Source: Actinomycetota bacterium
Lineage (GTDB): Bacteria; Actinomycetota; Actinomycetes; Nanopelagicales; Nanopelagicaceae
Length of the DNA stretch: 41,280 bases
Direction: 5' to 3'
NCBI GenBank assembly: GCA_009698295.1
Contig: WLQO01000001.1
Coordinates: 1 to 41,280, forward strand
In this document: positions 18,556 to 28,539 of the stretch, in pieces
Layout of the letters: each line of letters begins with the position of its first letter
Numbering within the stretch: the stretch's first letter is position 1
Position numbers and translations under genes: made by a program
Notes under the pieces: generated by a model
The model's input: the letters and a program-made list of their open reading frames with translations, nothing else
Told to the model about the DNA's origin: nothing
Databases searched by the model: none

Positions 18556-19878
18556 ATGAGCAAAGATGCAGTGGTGGATTTAACTTCAGTAGAAGATGAA
18601 GCGATTAAAATCTGTCAGGATTTAATTCGTATTCCGAGCGTTAACTTCGGCGAAGGCAGAGGCGATGAAGCCGCTGTCGCGGCCTATGTCGTTAAATCAT
18701 TAGGTGAAGTTGGAATCACTGCAAAGATTTATGAATCTGCACCAAATCGTTGCAATGTGATTGCGCGAATAAAGGGTAGTGATTCATCGCTTCCAGGTCT
18801 GGTTGTTCATGGCCATATAGATGTTGTTCCTGCCAACGCCGAAGACTGGTCGGTTGATCCGTTCGGTGGCGAAATTAAAGATGGAATGATTTGGGGACGT
18901 GGCGCAGTTGATATGAAGAATGTAGATGCGATGATTTTGGCCATTGTTCGCAATTGGGCAAAAAAGGGATATCAACCGAAGCGCGATATTGTTCTAGCTT
19001 TCTTCGCTGACGAAGAAGCGGGCATGACATACGGCTCACGTTATATGAGTGCCAATCATCCAGAAGTATTCGCTGGTTGCACCGAAGCAATCTCTGAAGT
19101 TGGTGGCTTCTCTGTGACGGTAGCCGATGGCAAACGTCTTTACTTTGTCGAAGCGGCCCAAAAAGGTATTCATTGGATGAAGTTAACTGCGCAAGGTAGA
19201 GCCGGTCACGGATCGATGATGAACGATGAGAATGCGTTAACCGCACTTACAGAAGCCGTTGCCAAGATCGGGAGATTCGAATGGCCACAACGTTATACAA
19301 AGACTGTTAAGGATCTTTTCCGTGAGGTCGCGCGAGTAACAGAACGTGAATTTGATGAAAACGATCTAAGACCTTTACTTAAAGAGGTGGGTTCAACAGC
19401 GCGCATGATTGGCGCAACGTTGCAGAACACTGCCAATCCAACAATGCTAGATGCCGGTTACAAGGCAAATGTAATTCCTGGCGCGGCTAGCGCCGTAATT
19501 GATGGGCGATTTTTACCGGGTTATGAAGATGAGTTGAATTCAACTATACGAGCGATCATCGGACCAGATATTTCGATAGAGACAGTCTCACATGACATCG
19601 CGTTGGAAGTTGATTTTGATTCACCGCTAGTTGAGGCGATGAAAGCGGCTTTGTTGCGAGAGGATCCGGAAGGGATCCCAGTTCCCTACATGATGAGTGG
19701 TGGAACTGATAATAAAGCGCTATCGGAGTTAGGAATTGTTGGTTACGGATTCTCACCGTTACGTCTTCCAGCAGATTTAGACTTTATGTCCTTATTTCAT
19801 GGCGTTGATGAACGTGTTCCTATTGAAGGCTTGAGGTTTGGTGTGCGAGTGCTGGCAGATTTTCTAGAACACGCCTAA
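18556..19878 (+). CDS. M20/M25/M40 family metallopeptidase (ArgE/DapE-like)
   Basis: HGHIDVVP, GRGAVDMK, ADEEAG, HGVDERV. Likely start is ATG 18556 (the ORF track starts at 18517). Confidence 0.92.
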   Translation: MSKDAVVDLTSVEDEAIKICQDLIRIPSVNFGEGRGDEAAVAAYVVKSLGEVGITAKIYESAPNRCNVIARIKGSDSSLPGLVVHGHIDVVPANAEDWSVDPFGGEIKDGMIWGRGAVDMKNVDAMILAIVRNWAKKGYQPKRDIVLAFFADEEAGMTYGSRYMSANHPEVFAGCTEAISEVGGFSVTVADGKRLYFVEAAQKGIHWMKLTAQGRAGHGSMMNDENALTALTEAVAKIGRFEWPQRYTKTVKDLFREVARVTEREFDENDLRPLLKEVGSTARMIGATLQNTANPTMLDAGYKANVIPGAASAVIDGRFLPGYEDELNSTIRAIIGPDISIETVSHDIALEVDFDSPLVEAMKAALLREDPEGIPVPYMMSGGTDNKALSELGIVGYGFSPLRLPADLDFMSLFHGVDERVPIEGLRFGVRVLADFLEHA

Positions 19879-19884
19879 CGGGAA

Positions 19885-20829
19885 TTAACTAGAAATCTCG
19901 TTGAGAGCTGTTCGAACCACTTCTGGCAGTTGAATTTCTTCGCTAATTAAAATGCCGCGCATCTGTGCGCCAGTGCGTGCACCTACGACTGCGGAAGTTA
20001 CGCCAGGGAAGTCGCGCACCCAGGCCAGAGCGACTTCTAGCGGCGAGTAACCCAAGCCTTGTGCAGCAATGCTGACCGCTTCCACGATACGCCGCGATCT
20101 CTCATTTAAATACGGTTCGATAAAAGGAGCAAAGTGTGGCGTCGCGGCTCGCGAATCTGCGGGTATGCCGCTGCGATATTTGCCGGTTAAGGCGCCGCGG
20201 CCCAAAGGTGACCATGCGATAAAACCGCGATTTAGATTGATTGCGCAATCTATGACATCACCTTCAGCGCCTCGCGCTAGCAATGAGAATTCATTTTGCG
20301 CAGATGTAATAGGCGCTTTAGCAGAGTTGGCTTCCTGAAGCGAAATTGCACGCGCGCTTTGCCATCCATTGAAATTTGAAATTCCAACATAGCGCGCACG
20401 ACCAGATGTGTAAGCCCAATCAAGTGCTGAGAGCGAATCTTCTAATGGAACTTTTTCATCCCATACCTGCACCTGCCATAAATCAACATGATCTGTACCT
20501 AATCGTGCGAGCGATTGATCGAGCGCCGACATTAAAGATGTGCGTGACGCATCTGTCTTAAGCGCACCGTTCTCATATGTAACTCCAGCCTTTGTGGAGA
20601 TAACTACATCTTCACGACGGAAGAGAGTTCCGATGAGCCCTCCGATTACGCGCTCTGAGTCGCCATTTCCATAATGACTGGCAGAATCAAAGAAATTTCC
20701 ACCTGCTTCTATAAAAGCGCGTGCTTGATCTGCCGCTTCGTGGGTATCGGTATCGCGACCCCATGTCATGGTGCCAAGCCCTAAGCGGGAGATCTCCAGC
20801 CCTGAGTTGCCAACCATTCGCATTTCCAT
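19885..20829 (-). CDS. Aldo/keto reductase
   Basis: LGLGTMTWG, D.A..YG.G.SE, STK, SL.RLGTDHVDL, GISNF, WSPLGRG.LTGKY. Confidence 0.93.
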   Translation of the reverse strand: MEMRMVGNSGLEISRLGLGTMTWGRDTDTHEAADQARAFIEAGGNFFDSASHYGNGDSERVIGGLIGTLFRREDVVISTKAGVTYENGALKTDASRTSLMSALDQSLARLGTDHVDLWQVQVWDEKVPLEDSLSALDWAYTSGRARYVGISNFNGWQSARAISLQEANSAKAPITSAQNEFSLLARGAEGDVIDCAINLNRGFIAWSPLGRGALTGKYRSGIPADSRAATPHFAPFIEPYLNERSRRIVEAVSIAAQGLGYSPLEVALAWVRDFPGVTSAVVGARTGAQMRGILISEEIQLPEVVRTALNEISS

Positions 20830-20878
20830 GGCGCGACCCTAGCAAGACGAGAGGATAAATTACGGATAACCTTCCAAC

Positions 20879-21565
20879 ATGACACGGATACTTCTAATAC
20901 GTCATGCCCATTCGGTTGCTAACGACCGCGGAATTCTCGCTGGTCGAAGTTCTGGAGTCTTCCTAACTGAAAAAGGTATCGGCCAGTCGGAGGAGTTAGC
21001 AAAGCGTTTAGCTGGAAGCAAGATATCTAAGGTGCATGTAAGCCCAATGGAGCGTTGCCACTTAACTATCAATCCACTTTTACAAAGTATCCCCAAGAAA
21101 GATCGTCCTAAAGTCGTAATAACGGAAGACCTTTCAGAAGTTGATTATGGCAAATGGACCGGAAAGAAATTGTCGAGCCTTTACCGAGACAAACTTTGGA
21201 AGATTGTACAAAGTCGTCCTAGCGCAATGTATTTTCCAGAAGGAGAAGGCTTGGCACATGTACAGGTTCGGGCCATGCGCGCAGTACATGCCGCGGCCAG
21301 CGAGTCTGGGCTGCAAGTAATTGTTAGCCATGGAGATGTAATAAAAAGTATTGTTGCTGCAGTATTGGGTACACATCTAGACAATTTCCAGAAGATCGTT
21401 ATCGATCCAGCGTCAATTACCGTTCTGGATTTCGATGGTAGTGATTTTCGTATTCTGACTCTAAACAACACCTCCACTCCAATCGTGGAATTTGCTAAAC
21501 CGACAGCAAAGAAGAGCGCAGCAAAGGCTTTACTTGGTGGCGGAGCAGGAAAGAAAAGCAAGTAA
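20879..21565 (+). CDS. Histidine phosphatase, MSMEG_4193-family putative phosphomutase
   Basis: LIRHAHS, SPMERC, EVDYGKW, VSHGDVIK; first gene of the triad preceding mshC. Confidence 0.88.
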   Translation: MTRILLIRHAHSVANDRGILAGRSSGVFLTEKGIGQSEELAKRLAGSKISKVHVSPMERCHLTINPLLQSIPKKDRPKVVITEDLSEVDYGKWTGKKLSSLYRDKLWKIVQSRPSAMYFPEGEGLAHVQVRAMRAVHAAASESGLQVIVSHGDVIKSIVAAVLGTHLDNFQKIVIDPASITVLDFDGSDFRILTLNNTSTPIVEFAKPTAKKSAAKALLGGGAGKKSK

Positions 21566-22113
21566 TGTCAACACGTATTTTCCTCTTTGATCCGGTGGAA
21601 CGCTTTGTTGTCGGAACTGTTGGCGTTCCGGGGGAGCGAACATTTTTTATTCAAGCGCGGACTGGATCCAGGATGGTCTCTGTTGCTCTGGAAAAGGCGC
21701 AAGTTTCAGCTATAGCAGAGCGGGTAATCCAGATCTTGCGAGAAATCCGTTTAAGTGAACCTCTTACAGTCTTCGACAGAATTGCATACGATGATCAACC
21801 TCTCGAAACTCCGATTGATGAGGAATTTCGTGTTGGGGTTATCGGTTTAGCGTATATCTCTGATCGTCACCTCATCGAAATAGATCTCCAAGCAATTTCC
21901 GATTCCGAGTCAGCAGAGGATGATCTCTTAGAAGTCGATCTCTCTGCTGAACAGGACATTCTGCGAGTTTTAATGACCCTTGGTTATGCAGAAAGTTTTG
22001 CCAAGCGCGCGAATTCGGTAGTTTCAGCTGGACGCGCTCCATGCCCATTCTGTGGCGGACCGATCGATCCCAATGGCCATCTTTGTCCGCGCTCCAATGG
22101 ATATCGACGATGA
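21565..22113 (+). CDS. DUF3090-family conserved actinobacterial protein with C-terminal Zn-finger-like motif
   Basis: RFVVGTVGVPGERTFFIQAR, LEKAQV, GRAPCPFCGGPIDPNGHLCPRSNG. Confidence 0.87.
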   Translation: MSTRIFLFDPVERFVVGTVGVPGERTFFIQARTGSRMVSVALEKAQVSAIAERVIQILREIRLSEPLTVFDRIAYDDQPLETPIDEEFRVGVIGLAYISDRHLIEIDLQAISDSESAEDDLLEVDLSAEQDILRVLMTLGYAESFAKRANSVVSAGRAPCPFCGGPIDPNGHLCPRSNGYRR

Positions 22114-22856
22114 GTTCGGCAAAGATCGATCCTGCACAAATCGAGAGAGACTTAATCGATTTAAATGATGGTGTCTTAACAGTTACTGGTCGTCTTGTAG
22201 ATGCATCGAATGCAACTCTGTATGCAATGTGTAGCGTGAACAGGCTCGGCGAAGATCGTGAATTTGCATGTATCTATAAACCAATTGCAGGAGAGCGTCC
22301 GCTCTGGGATTTTCCAGATGGATCACTTGCAAATCGTGAATATCTCACCTTCCTAGTAAGCCATTGGTTGGAACTTCATCTAGTTCCTCCAACGATTCTT
22401 CGCGACGGACCTTATGGAACTGGAATGGTTCAAAAATGGATCGACATAGATTCGAATATTGATCTGATGGAGTTCTACCAAAGTGAGCATCCCAAGTTAA
22501 GGCTCCTGGCGCTATTAGATATTATTACAAATAATACTGATCGTAAGATTGGCCATCTGATTCCGACAGAGGACGGTCACTTATACGGTTGTGATCATGG
22601 AGTTACTTTTCACGTCGATGACAAATTACGGACCGTACTTTGGCAATGGGCAGGCTTACCTTTTACGGAAGCCGAGAAAAAGCTTTTGCTAAAAGCGCGC
22701 GCGCTATTCGCAGAATCAAAGCGCGAGATAATCTCTGGACTGATTGAGGAAGATGAGATTTCAGCAACAATTGCGCGTATTGATCGAGCCTTAATTGAGG
22801 AATCATTTCTTCTTCCCAACCCAGATTGGCCTGCGGTTCCATGGCCGCCGTTCTAG
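22110..22856 (+). CDS. SCO1664-family protein (PI3/4-kinase-like fold)
   Basis: ASNAT, YKPIAGERPLWDFPDG.LA.RE, NNTDRKIGH, DHG, PWPPF. ATG at 22110 overlaps the upstream TGA. Confidence 0.87.
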   Translation: MSSAKIDPAQIERDLIDLNDGVLTVTGRLVDASNATLYAMCSVNRLGEDREFACIYKPIAGERPLWDFPDGSLANREYLTFLVSHWLELHLVPPTILRDGPYGTGMVQKWIDIDSNIDLMEFYQSEHPKLRLLALLDIITNNTDRKIGHLIPTEDGHLYGCDHGVTFHVDDKLRTVLWQWAGLPFTEAEKKLLLKARALFAESKREIISGLIEEDEISATIARIDRALIEESFLLPNPDWPAVPWPPF

Positions 22857-22865
22857 GATGAGGTT

Positions 22866-24107
22866 ATGAACTCCTGGGCCGAAGTCGCAATTCCACCTTT
22901 AGCCACAAGATTCGAAGTTCCGGAATTATCAATCTTTGATACCGCCAGAGGGCAAAATTCCAAGATTTCGAAGAAGCCTAAATACCGAATGTATGTCTGT
23001 GGAATCACGCCATATGACGCGACCCACCTCGGGCATGCAAATACTTACTTGGCCTTCGATTTAATCAATAGGTACTTGCGCGCATCCGGAAGTGAAGTTC
23101 TTTTTGTCCAAAACATCACTGATATTGATGATCCACTTCTTGAGCGCGCCAATCGCGACGGTATTGATTGGCAAGATTTAGCGACCTCGCAAATCGACCT
23201 CTTTCGCTCGGATATGGTTGCTTTGCACATAATTCCACCCGCTCATTACATTGGAGCAGTTGAAGCAATCCCTTTAGTCGTCGATGCAATCACCGCGTTG
23301 GAAAGAGCAGAGACTGTCTACAAAGTTGATAACGATTACTACTTTAAAGTGCGCAGTGATTCCGCTTTTGGAAGTCGTTCTCATTTAAACGATCAAGAGA
23401 TGTTGAAAATATTCAGCGAACGTGGGGGAGATCCGCAACGAACTGGTAAACACGATCCATTAGATGCGCTGCTCTGGTTGGCAAAGCGAGCTAACGAACC
23501 TGGTTGGGAGAGTATTTATGGGGTTGGAAGACCTGGCTGGCATATCGAATGTTGTGCGATTGCACTGGGTTACCTCGATATTGATCCGGATGAGAGCACT
23601 TCTCTAGATATCCAAGGTGGCGGTAGCGACCTAATCTTTCCGCACCATGAGATGTCTGCGGCACAAGGAAGAGCTATGAATGGCAGGGAGTTCGCAGCAA
23701 ATTATGTTCACGCGGGAATGATCGGACTCGATGGAGAAAAGATGAGCAAGTCAAAGGGCAATTTGGTATTTGTTTCACAATTGCTCAAAGACGGCATCGA
23801 TCCGATGGCGATTCGTATTGCTCTGATGTCACATCATTACCGAGAAGACCATATGTGGCAGCAGAGCGATCTCGTTTCTGCGCAAGATTTTTTGACACAA
23901 CTTCAAATTGCACTTTCCCGCATGGAAGTCGCTCCAACGGATAAGGTAATAAAGGAAATATTGAGCGCTTTGGCGAACGATATAAACACCCCACAGGCAC
24001 TTGGAGCATTGCAACAATGGATTTCGCAGACTAATAGTGGCGGTACCGGCGGAAAGCCTGGGGAGTTAAGTAGAGCGATCGACACCCTGCTCGGTATTGC
24101 TATCTAA
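22866..24107 (+). CDS. mshC: L-cysteine:GlcN-Ins ligase (mycothiol biosynthesis)
   Basis: MYVCGITPYDATHLGH, GRPGWHIEC, GGGSDLIFPHHE, KMSKS; lacks the CysRS anticodon-binding domain. Confidence 0.96.
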   Translation: MNSWAEVAIPPLATRFEVPELSIFDTARGQNSKISKKPKYRMYVCGITPYDATHLGHANTYLAFDLINRYLRASGSEVLFVQNITDIDDPLLERANRDGIDWQDLATSQIDLFRSDMVALHIIPPAHYIGAVEAIPLVVDAITALERAETVYKVDNDYYFKVRSDSAFGSRSHLNDQEMLKIFSERGGDPQRTGKHDPLDALLWLAKRANEPGWESIYGVGRPGWHIECCAIALGYLDIDPDESTSLDIQGGGSDLIFPHHEMSAAQGRAMNGREFAANYVHAGMIGLDGEKMSKSKGNLVFVSQLLKDGIDPMAIRIALMSHHYREDHMWQQSDLVSAQDFLTQLQIALSRMEVAPTDKVIKEILSALANDINTPQALGALQQWISQTNSGGTGGKPGELSRAIDTLLGIAI

Positions 24108-24985
24108 TTCCCGCTTTGGCGACGCAGAAACCTTTCCAACTCGCGCGCTAGCTCTTCACCAGAAACATCCGATAACTGTGCTGAATCTTTACTCTCTTCT
24201 AACGCTTTTACATATTCTGCAACATCGCTATCCTCGCGAGCGAGTTCATCAACTTCAGACTCCCACTCACGTGATTCTTCATGCAGTTCACCCTGCGGAA
24301 GCGATATCTCTAGAAAATCTTCTAAGGCATTTATTAAAGCAAGTGTCGCTTTTGGGGAAGGAGAATTACTCGCATAATGCGGAATCGCCGCCCATAGCGA
24401 TACTGCATCAATACCGCGACGAATACACGCATCAGCGATCACTCCCAGAATTCCGGTGGGTCCTTCGTATCTACTGACTTCAACGCCTAAACGTTTAGCG
24501 ATATCTGGATGAGCTCCACTACCGGTCACAGTGATAGGACGTGAGTGAGGTGCATCCGCCAACATCGAACCAAGTGTGATTATCATCTGCACTTCTAAAT
24601 CATCGGCTAAATCCAATAAATCATGTGTGAAAGTCTTCCATTTCATAGAAGGTTCAACTCCGCGAACAGCGATGAAATCAAAATCTAAATTGGGTGTTGG
24701 AATTCCAAATACTTGCGTTCCGGGCCAGGTGAGTGAGCGGATTTGAGAATCATCGACATCGACGATCGGTCTATTAACTTGAAAATCATAAAATTCTTCG
24801 GGATCAATATCTGCGATCAGTTCTGGTACAACGCCCACCTGATCATTAACTGCATGTTCACTGCCTGTCCAAGCGCCGAGAATATGAGATACCGCCCCGG
24901 TCGCTGCTTCTGCAGCATCATTCCACCCTGAAAAAGCGATAATCATGACTGGATTGCGAAGCGCTGGAATTTTATGAATCTCCAC
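24104..24985 (-). CDS. PAC2-family (proteasome assembly chaperone-like) protein
   Basis: AFSGWNDAA, DPEEFYDFQVNRP, GVEP..W, PHSRP, YEGPTGI, WAAIPHY, ELERFLR. Confidence 0.9.
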   Translation of the reverse strand: MEIHKIPALRNPVMIIAFSGWNDAAEAATGAVSHILGAWTGSEHAVNDQVGVVPELIADIDPEEFYDFQVNRPIVDVDDSQIRSLTWPGTQVFGIPTPNLDFDFIAVRGVEPSMKWKTFTHDLLDLADDLEVQMIITLGSMLADAPHSRPITVTGSGAHPDIAKRLGVEVSRYEGPTGILGVIADACIRRGIDAVSLWAAIPHYASNSPSPKATLALINALEDFLEISLPQGELHEESREWESEVDELAREDSDVAEYVKALEESKDSAQLSDVSGEELARELERFLRRQSGN

Positions 24986-25013
24986 ATCGCCACCTTACGG
25001 TAACCTCGGGCAA

Positions 25014-28000
25014 GTGACGAGTCATAATCGCGATAGACCTGCCGGAGCGCTGCGCCAAGCCCTCGCTTCGCGTACGGTAATTGCTGATGGTGCGATGGGC
25101 ACAATGCTCCAGGCTGCCGATCCGACTTTAGAAGATTTTCAGGGCCACGAGGGTTGCAACGAAATTCTCAATGTTTCACGCCCAGATATCGTGCGCCAAG
25201 TACATCGGCAATATCTCGCCGCCGGGGTAGATGCGATAGAGACAAATACCTTCGGCGCTAATTGGGCGAACTTAGCCGAATATGGAATTGAAGATCGCAT
25301 CTACGAATTAGCGTACGCAGGGGCGGTAATTGCACGCGAAGTTGCAGATGAAATGAGTTCGCCTGATAAACCACGCTTTGTTTTGGGTTCGTTAGGGCCA
25401 GGTACAAAACTTCCATCACTTGGACACACGACTTATCAATTTTTAAAGCAGGCTTACTACACCGCTTCGAAAGGTTTGCTAGATGGTCGTTGCGATGCGC
25501 TCTTGATTGAAACTACTCAAGATTTGCTGCAGGCCAAAGCGGCGGTAAATGGAGCTCGTCAAGCGATCGCTGAAGTAGATTTCGATGTTATTTTGATTGC
25601 ACAAGTCACTGTTGAAACTACCGGAACCATGTTGCTGGGTTCTGAAATTGGTGCGGCTTTAAATGCACTTGAACCGCTAGAGATAGATTTGATTGGGCTT
25701 AATTGTGCAACTGGGCCAGCCGAGATGTCAGAACACCTTCGTTACCTCTCCAAGTTCTCTAACTGTGCGATTTCCGTAATGCCAAATGCTGGTTTACCGA
25801 TACTTGGTAAAAATGGAGCGGAATATCCGCTGGGTCCCGAGGAGTTAGCGCAAGCTCTAGAAACTTTCGTTGGCGATTATGGAATATCTCTAATTGGTGG
25901 ATGTTGTGGCACGACACCCGAACACTTGGCTGCTGTAGTTTCCAAACTTGGCGCTAAGGCGATTCCTGTTCGTAAGAGCGATCTTGATCCTGGTGCTTCT
26001 TCCCTGTATCAATACGTGCCTTTTCGACAGGACAACACATATCTGGCAATTGGAGAACGTACCAATGCCAATGGATCTCGAGCCTTTAGAGATGCACTAG
26101 TCGCTGAAGACTGGGAGACCTGCGTGGAGATTGCACGCGATCAAATTCGCGATGGCGCTCATATGTTAGATCTCTCTGTTGATTATGTAGGCCGTGACGG
26201 TGCAAAAGATATGACGGAACTTGCAACGCGTTTCGCAACTGCATCAACGCTACCAATAGTGCTCGATTCAACAGAACCTGCGGTAATCAAAGCGGGATTA
26301 GAATCACTAGGCGGTCGCAGCGTTATCAACTCAGTTAATTATGAAGATGGTGATGGACCTTCTTCTCGCTTCGCACGAATAATGCCGCTGGTTAAAGAGC
26401 ACGGGGCTTCAGTCGTTGCGCTAACTATTGATGAAGAAGGTCAGGCGCGCGATTGCGAATGGAAGTTGCGCGTTGCTCGTCGACTAATTCATGATTTGAC
26501 TACGAACTGGCAAATGAAGACCGGCGACATTCTCATCGATTGTTTAACTTTCCCAATAGCCACGGGGCAAGAAGAAACCCGTCGTGATGGCATCGAAACT
26601 ATAAACGCTATTCGAGCTTTGAAATCGGAATTTCCTGAAGTTCAGACCACTCTGGGAGTTTCCAACGTTTCATTCGGCTTGAATCCAGCCGCACGCGTGG
26701 TCCTTAACTCGGTATTTCTGCACGAATGCGTTTCAGCGGGGTTAGATTCAGCGATCGTTCATCCTTCGAAAATAACTCCGTTGGTGCGTATCGATGAACG
26801 ACAAAGAGAAGTCGCCTTGGATCTTATCTACGACCGCCGGAAATATGATGGTGAAGATTGTATCTACGATCCACTAACTGAGTTCCTACAATTATTTGAG
26901 GGAGTAGAGCTAGCTGCTTCCCGCAACATTAGAGCTTCCGAGTTAGCTGCTCTGCCACTTACCGAACGTTTACAACGACGGATTATCGATGGTGAAAAAG
27001 TTGGGTTAACTGATGATTTAGACGAAGCAATGTCCCAAGGCATAAAGCCGCTACTGATAATTAATGACCATCTTCTAGAAGGTATGAAAGTTGTTGGAGA
27101 ACTCTTTGGCAAAGGCGAGATGCAGTTGCCATTCGTTCTGCAAAGCGCTGAAGTAATGAAGACCGCCGTGGCATATCTGGAACCTTTCATGGAGAAAAGT
27201 GATGACGGCGGCCGAGGCACAATGCTCCTGGCGACGGTAAAGGGTGATGTGCATGACATTGGCAAGAATTTGGTGGACATTATCCTTTCGAATAATGGCT
27301 ACACCGTTGTAAATATCGGAATTAAACAGACGATCAATCAAATCCTTGACGCCGCTCAAGCATCGGAAGTAGATGCGATTGGTATGAGTGGGCTACTTGT
27401 GAAATCTACCGTCATCATGAAAGAGAATTTAGAAGAGATCACAAATCGTGGGCTCGCGCAGAAATGGCCGATTGTTCTTGGGGGAGCAGCGCTTACTCGC
27501 GCATATGTTGAGCAAGATTTGGCTGGCGTTTTCCCCGGTGAGGTTAGATACGCAAGAGATGCCTTTGAAGGGTTGCGATTAATGGATGCAATCATGGCGG
27601 TGAAGAAAGGCGTACCAGGTGCCGCACTTCCAGAATTGCGCGAAAGAAAAGTTCCGCTTCGTCCGAGCAAAGTAGAAGATCGCGTTGTAGATTTAAGGCG
27701 AAGCGATGTTGCTACAGACATAGATATCCCATCTGCGCCGTTCTTTGGTTCACGAATTATCAAAGGAGTGCCTCTAGCGGACTACGTTGGCATGCTCGAT
27801 GAAAGAGCGTTATTTGTTGGACAGTGGGGGCTAAAGGGCGCCCGCGGAGAATACGATGCAATGGCCGAGTCTGAAGGACGTCCACGTTTACGTGCCTTGC
27901 TTAACCAAGTTCAATCTAAAGGTTGGTTAAATGCAGCAGTTGTATATGGCTATTTCCCTTGTTACAGCGAAGGCAACGATCTAGTAATTTTGCATCACGA

Positions 28001-28520
28001 AGGTGAGAAGAAGGGAGAAGAGAGAACAAGATTCTCATTCCCTCGCCAGTCACGAGATCGTCGCCTTTGCTTAAGTGATTTCTTCGCCACCAAAGAGTCA
28101 GGCAAAACAGATGTCGTTGCCTTCCATGTAGTGACGATGGGTTCAGAGATTAGCAAAGCGGCAGCCGAACTCTTTGCTGCTAATAGTTATCGTGAATATC
28201 TAGAATTGCACGGTTTATCAGTTCAGTTAACTGAGGCGCTGGCAGAGCACTGGCATGCTCGTGTTCGTGAAGAGTTTAAGGTGCGCGGTGATGATGCGGC
28301 AGATCTTCAAGGAATTCTGGATCAGGGGTATCGCGGCTCGAGATATTCATTTGGTTATCCGGCATGTCCAAATTTGGAGGATCAAATCCAACTTTGTGAA
28401 TTATTGGAGCCAGGTCGGATCGGAGTCGAACTCTCTGAAGAATTCCAATTACATCCCGAACAAAGTACGTCAGCAATAATCGTGCATCATCCGGAAGCTA
28501 AGTACTTCAACGCAAATTAG
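25014..28520 (+). CDS. metH: Cobalamin-dependent methionine synthase
   Basis: DGAMGTMLQ, LNC and GGCC Zn ligands, IGERTNANGS, DVHDIGKN B12 motif, RYSFGYPACP, PEQST. Confidence 0.98.
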   Translation: MTSHNRDRPAGALRQALASRTVIADGAMGTMLQAADPTLEDFQGHEGCNEILNVSRPDIVRQVHRQYLAAGVDAIETNTFGANWANLAEYGIEDRIYELAYAGAVIAREVADEMSSPDKPRFVLGSLGPGTKLPSLGHTTYQFLKQAYYTASKGLLDGRCDALLIETTQDLLQAKAAVNGARQAIAEVDFDVILIAQVTVETTGTMLLGSEIGAALNALEPLEIDLIGLNCATGPAEMSEHLRYLSKFSNCAISVMPNAGLPILGKNGAEYPLGPEELAQALETFVGDYGISLIGGCCGTTPEHLAAVVSKLGAKAIPVRKSDLDPGASSLYQYVPFRQDNTYLAIGERTNANGSRAFRDALVAEDWETCVEIARDQIRDGAHMLDLSVDYVGRDGAKDMTELATRFATASTLPIVLDSTEPAVIKAGLESLGGRSVINSVNYEDGDGPSSRFARIMPLVKEHGASVVALTIDEEGQARDCEWKLRVARRLIHDLTTNWQMKTGDILIDCLTFPIATGQEETRRDGIETINAIRALKSEFPEVQTTLGVSNVSFGLNPAARVVLNSVFLHECVSAGLDSAIVHPSKITPLVRIDERQREVALDLIYDRRKYDGEDCIYDPLTEFLQLFEGVELAASRNIRASELAALPLTERLQRRIIDGEKVGLTDDLDEAMSQGIKPLLIINDHLLEGMKVVGELFGKGEMQLPFVLQSAEVMKTAVAYLEPFMEKSDDGGRGTMLLATVKGDVHDIGKNLVDIILSNNGYTVVNIGIKQTINQILDAAQASEVDAIGMSGLLVKSTVIMKENLEEITNRGLAQKWPIVLGGAALTRAYVEQDLAGVFPGEVRYARDAFEGLRLMDAIMAVKKGVPGAALPELRERKVPLRPSKVEDRVVDLRRSDVATDIDIPSAPFFGSRIIKGVPLADYVGMLDERALFVGQWGLKGARGEYDAMAESEGRPRLRALLNQVQSKGWLNAAVVYGYFPCYSEGNDLVILHHEGEKKGEERTRFSFPRQSRDRRLCLSDFFATKESGKTDVVAFHVVTMGSEISKAAAELFAANSYREYLELHGLSVQLTEALAEHWHARVREEFKVRGDDAADLQGILDQGYRGSRYSFGYPACPNLEDQIQLCELLEPGRIGVELSEEFQLHPEQSTSAIIVHHPEAKYFNAN

Positions 28521-28539
28521 ATTTTGAGAGGTTTCCACG

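Noticed and set aside
22866-24107. Cysteinyl-tRNA synthetase
   Set aside because: The GITPYDATHLGH motif, short length without an anticodon-binding domain and gene context identify it as MshC.
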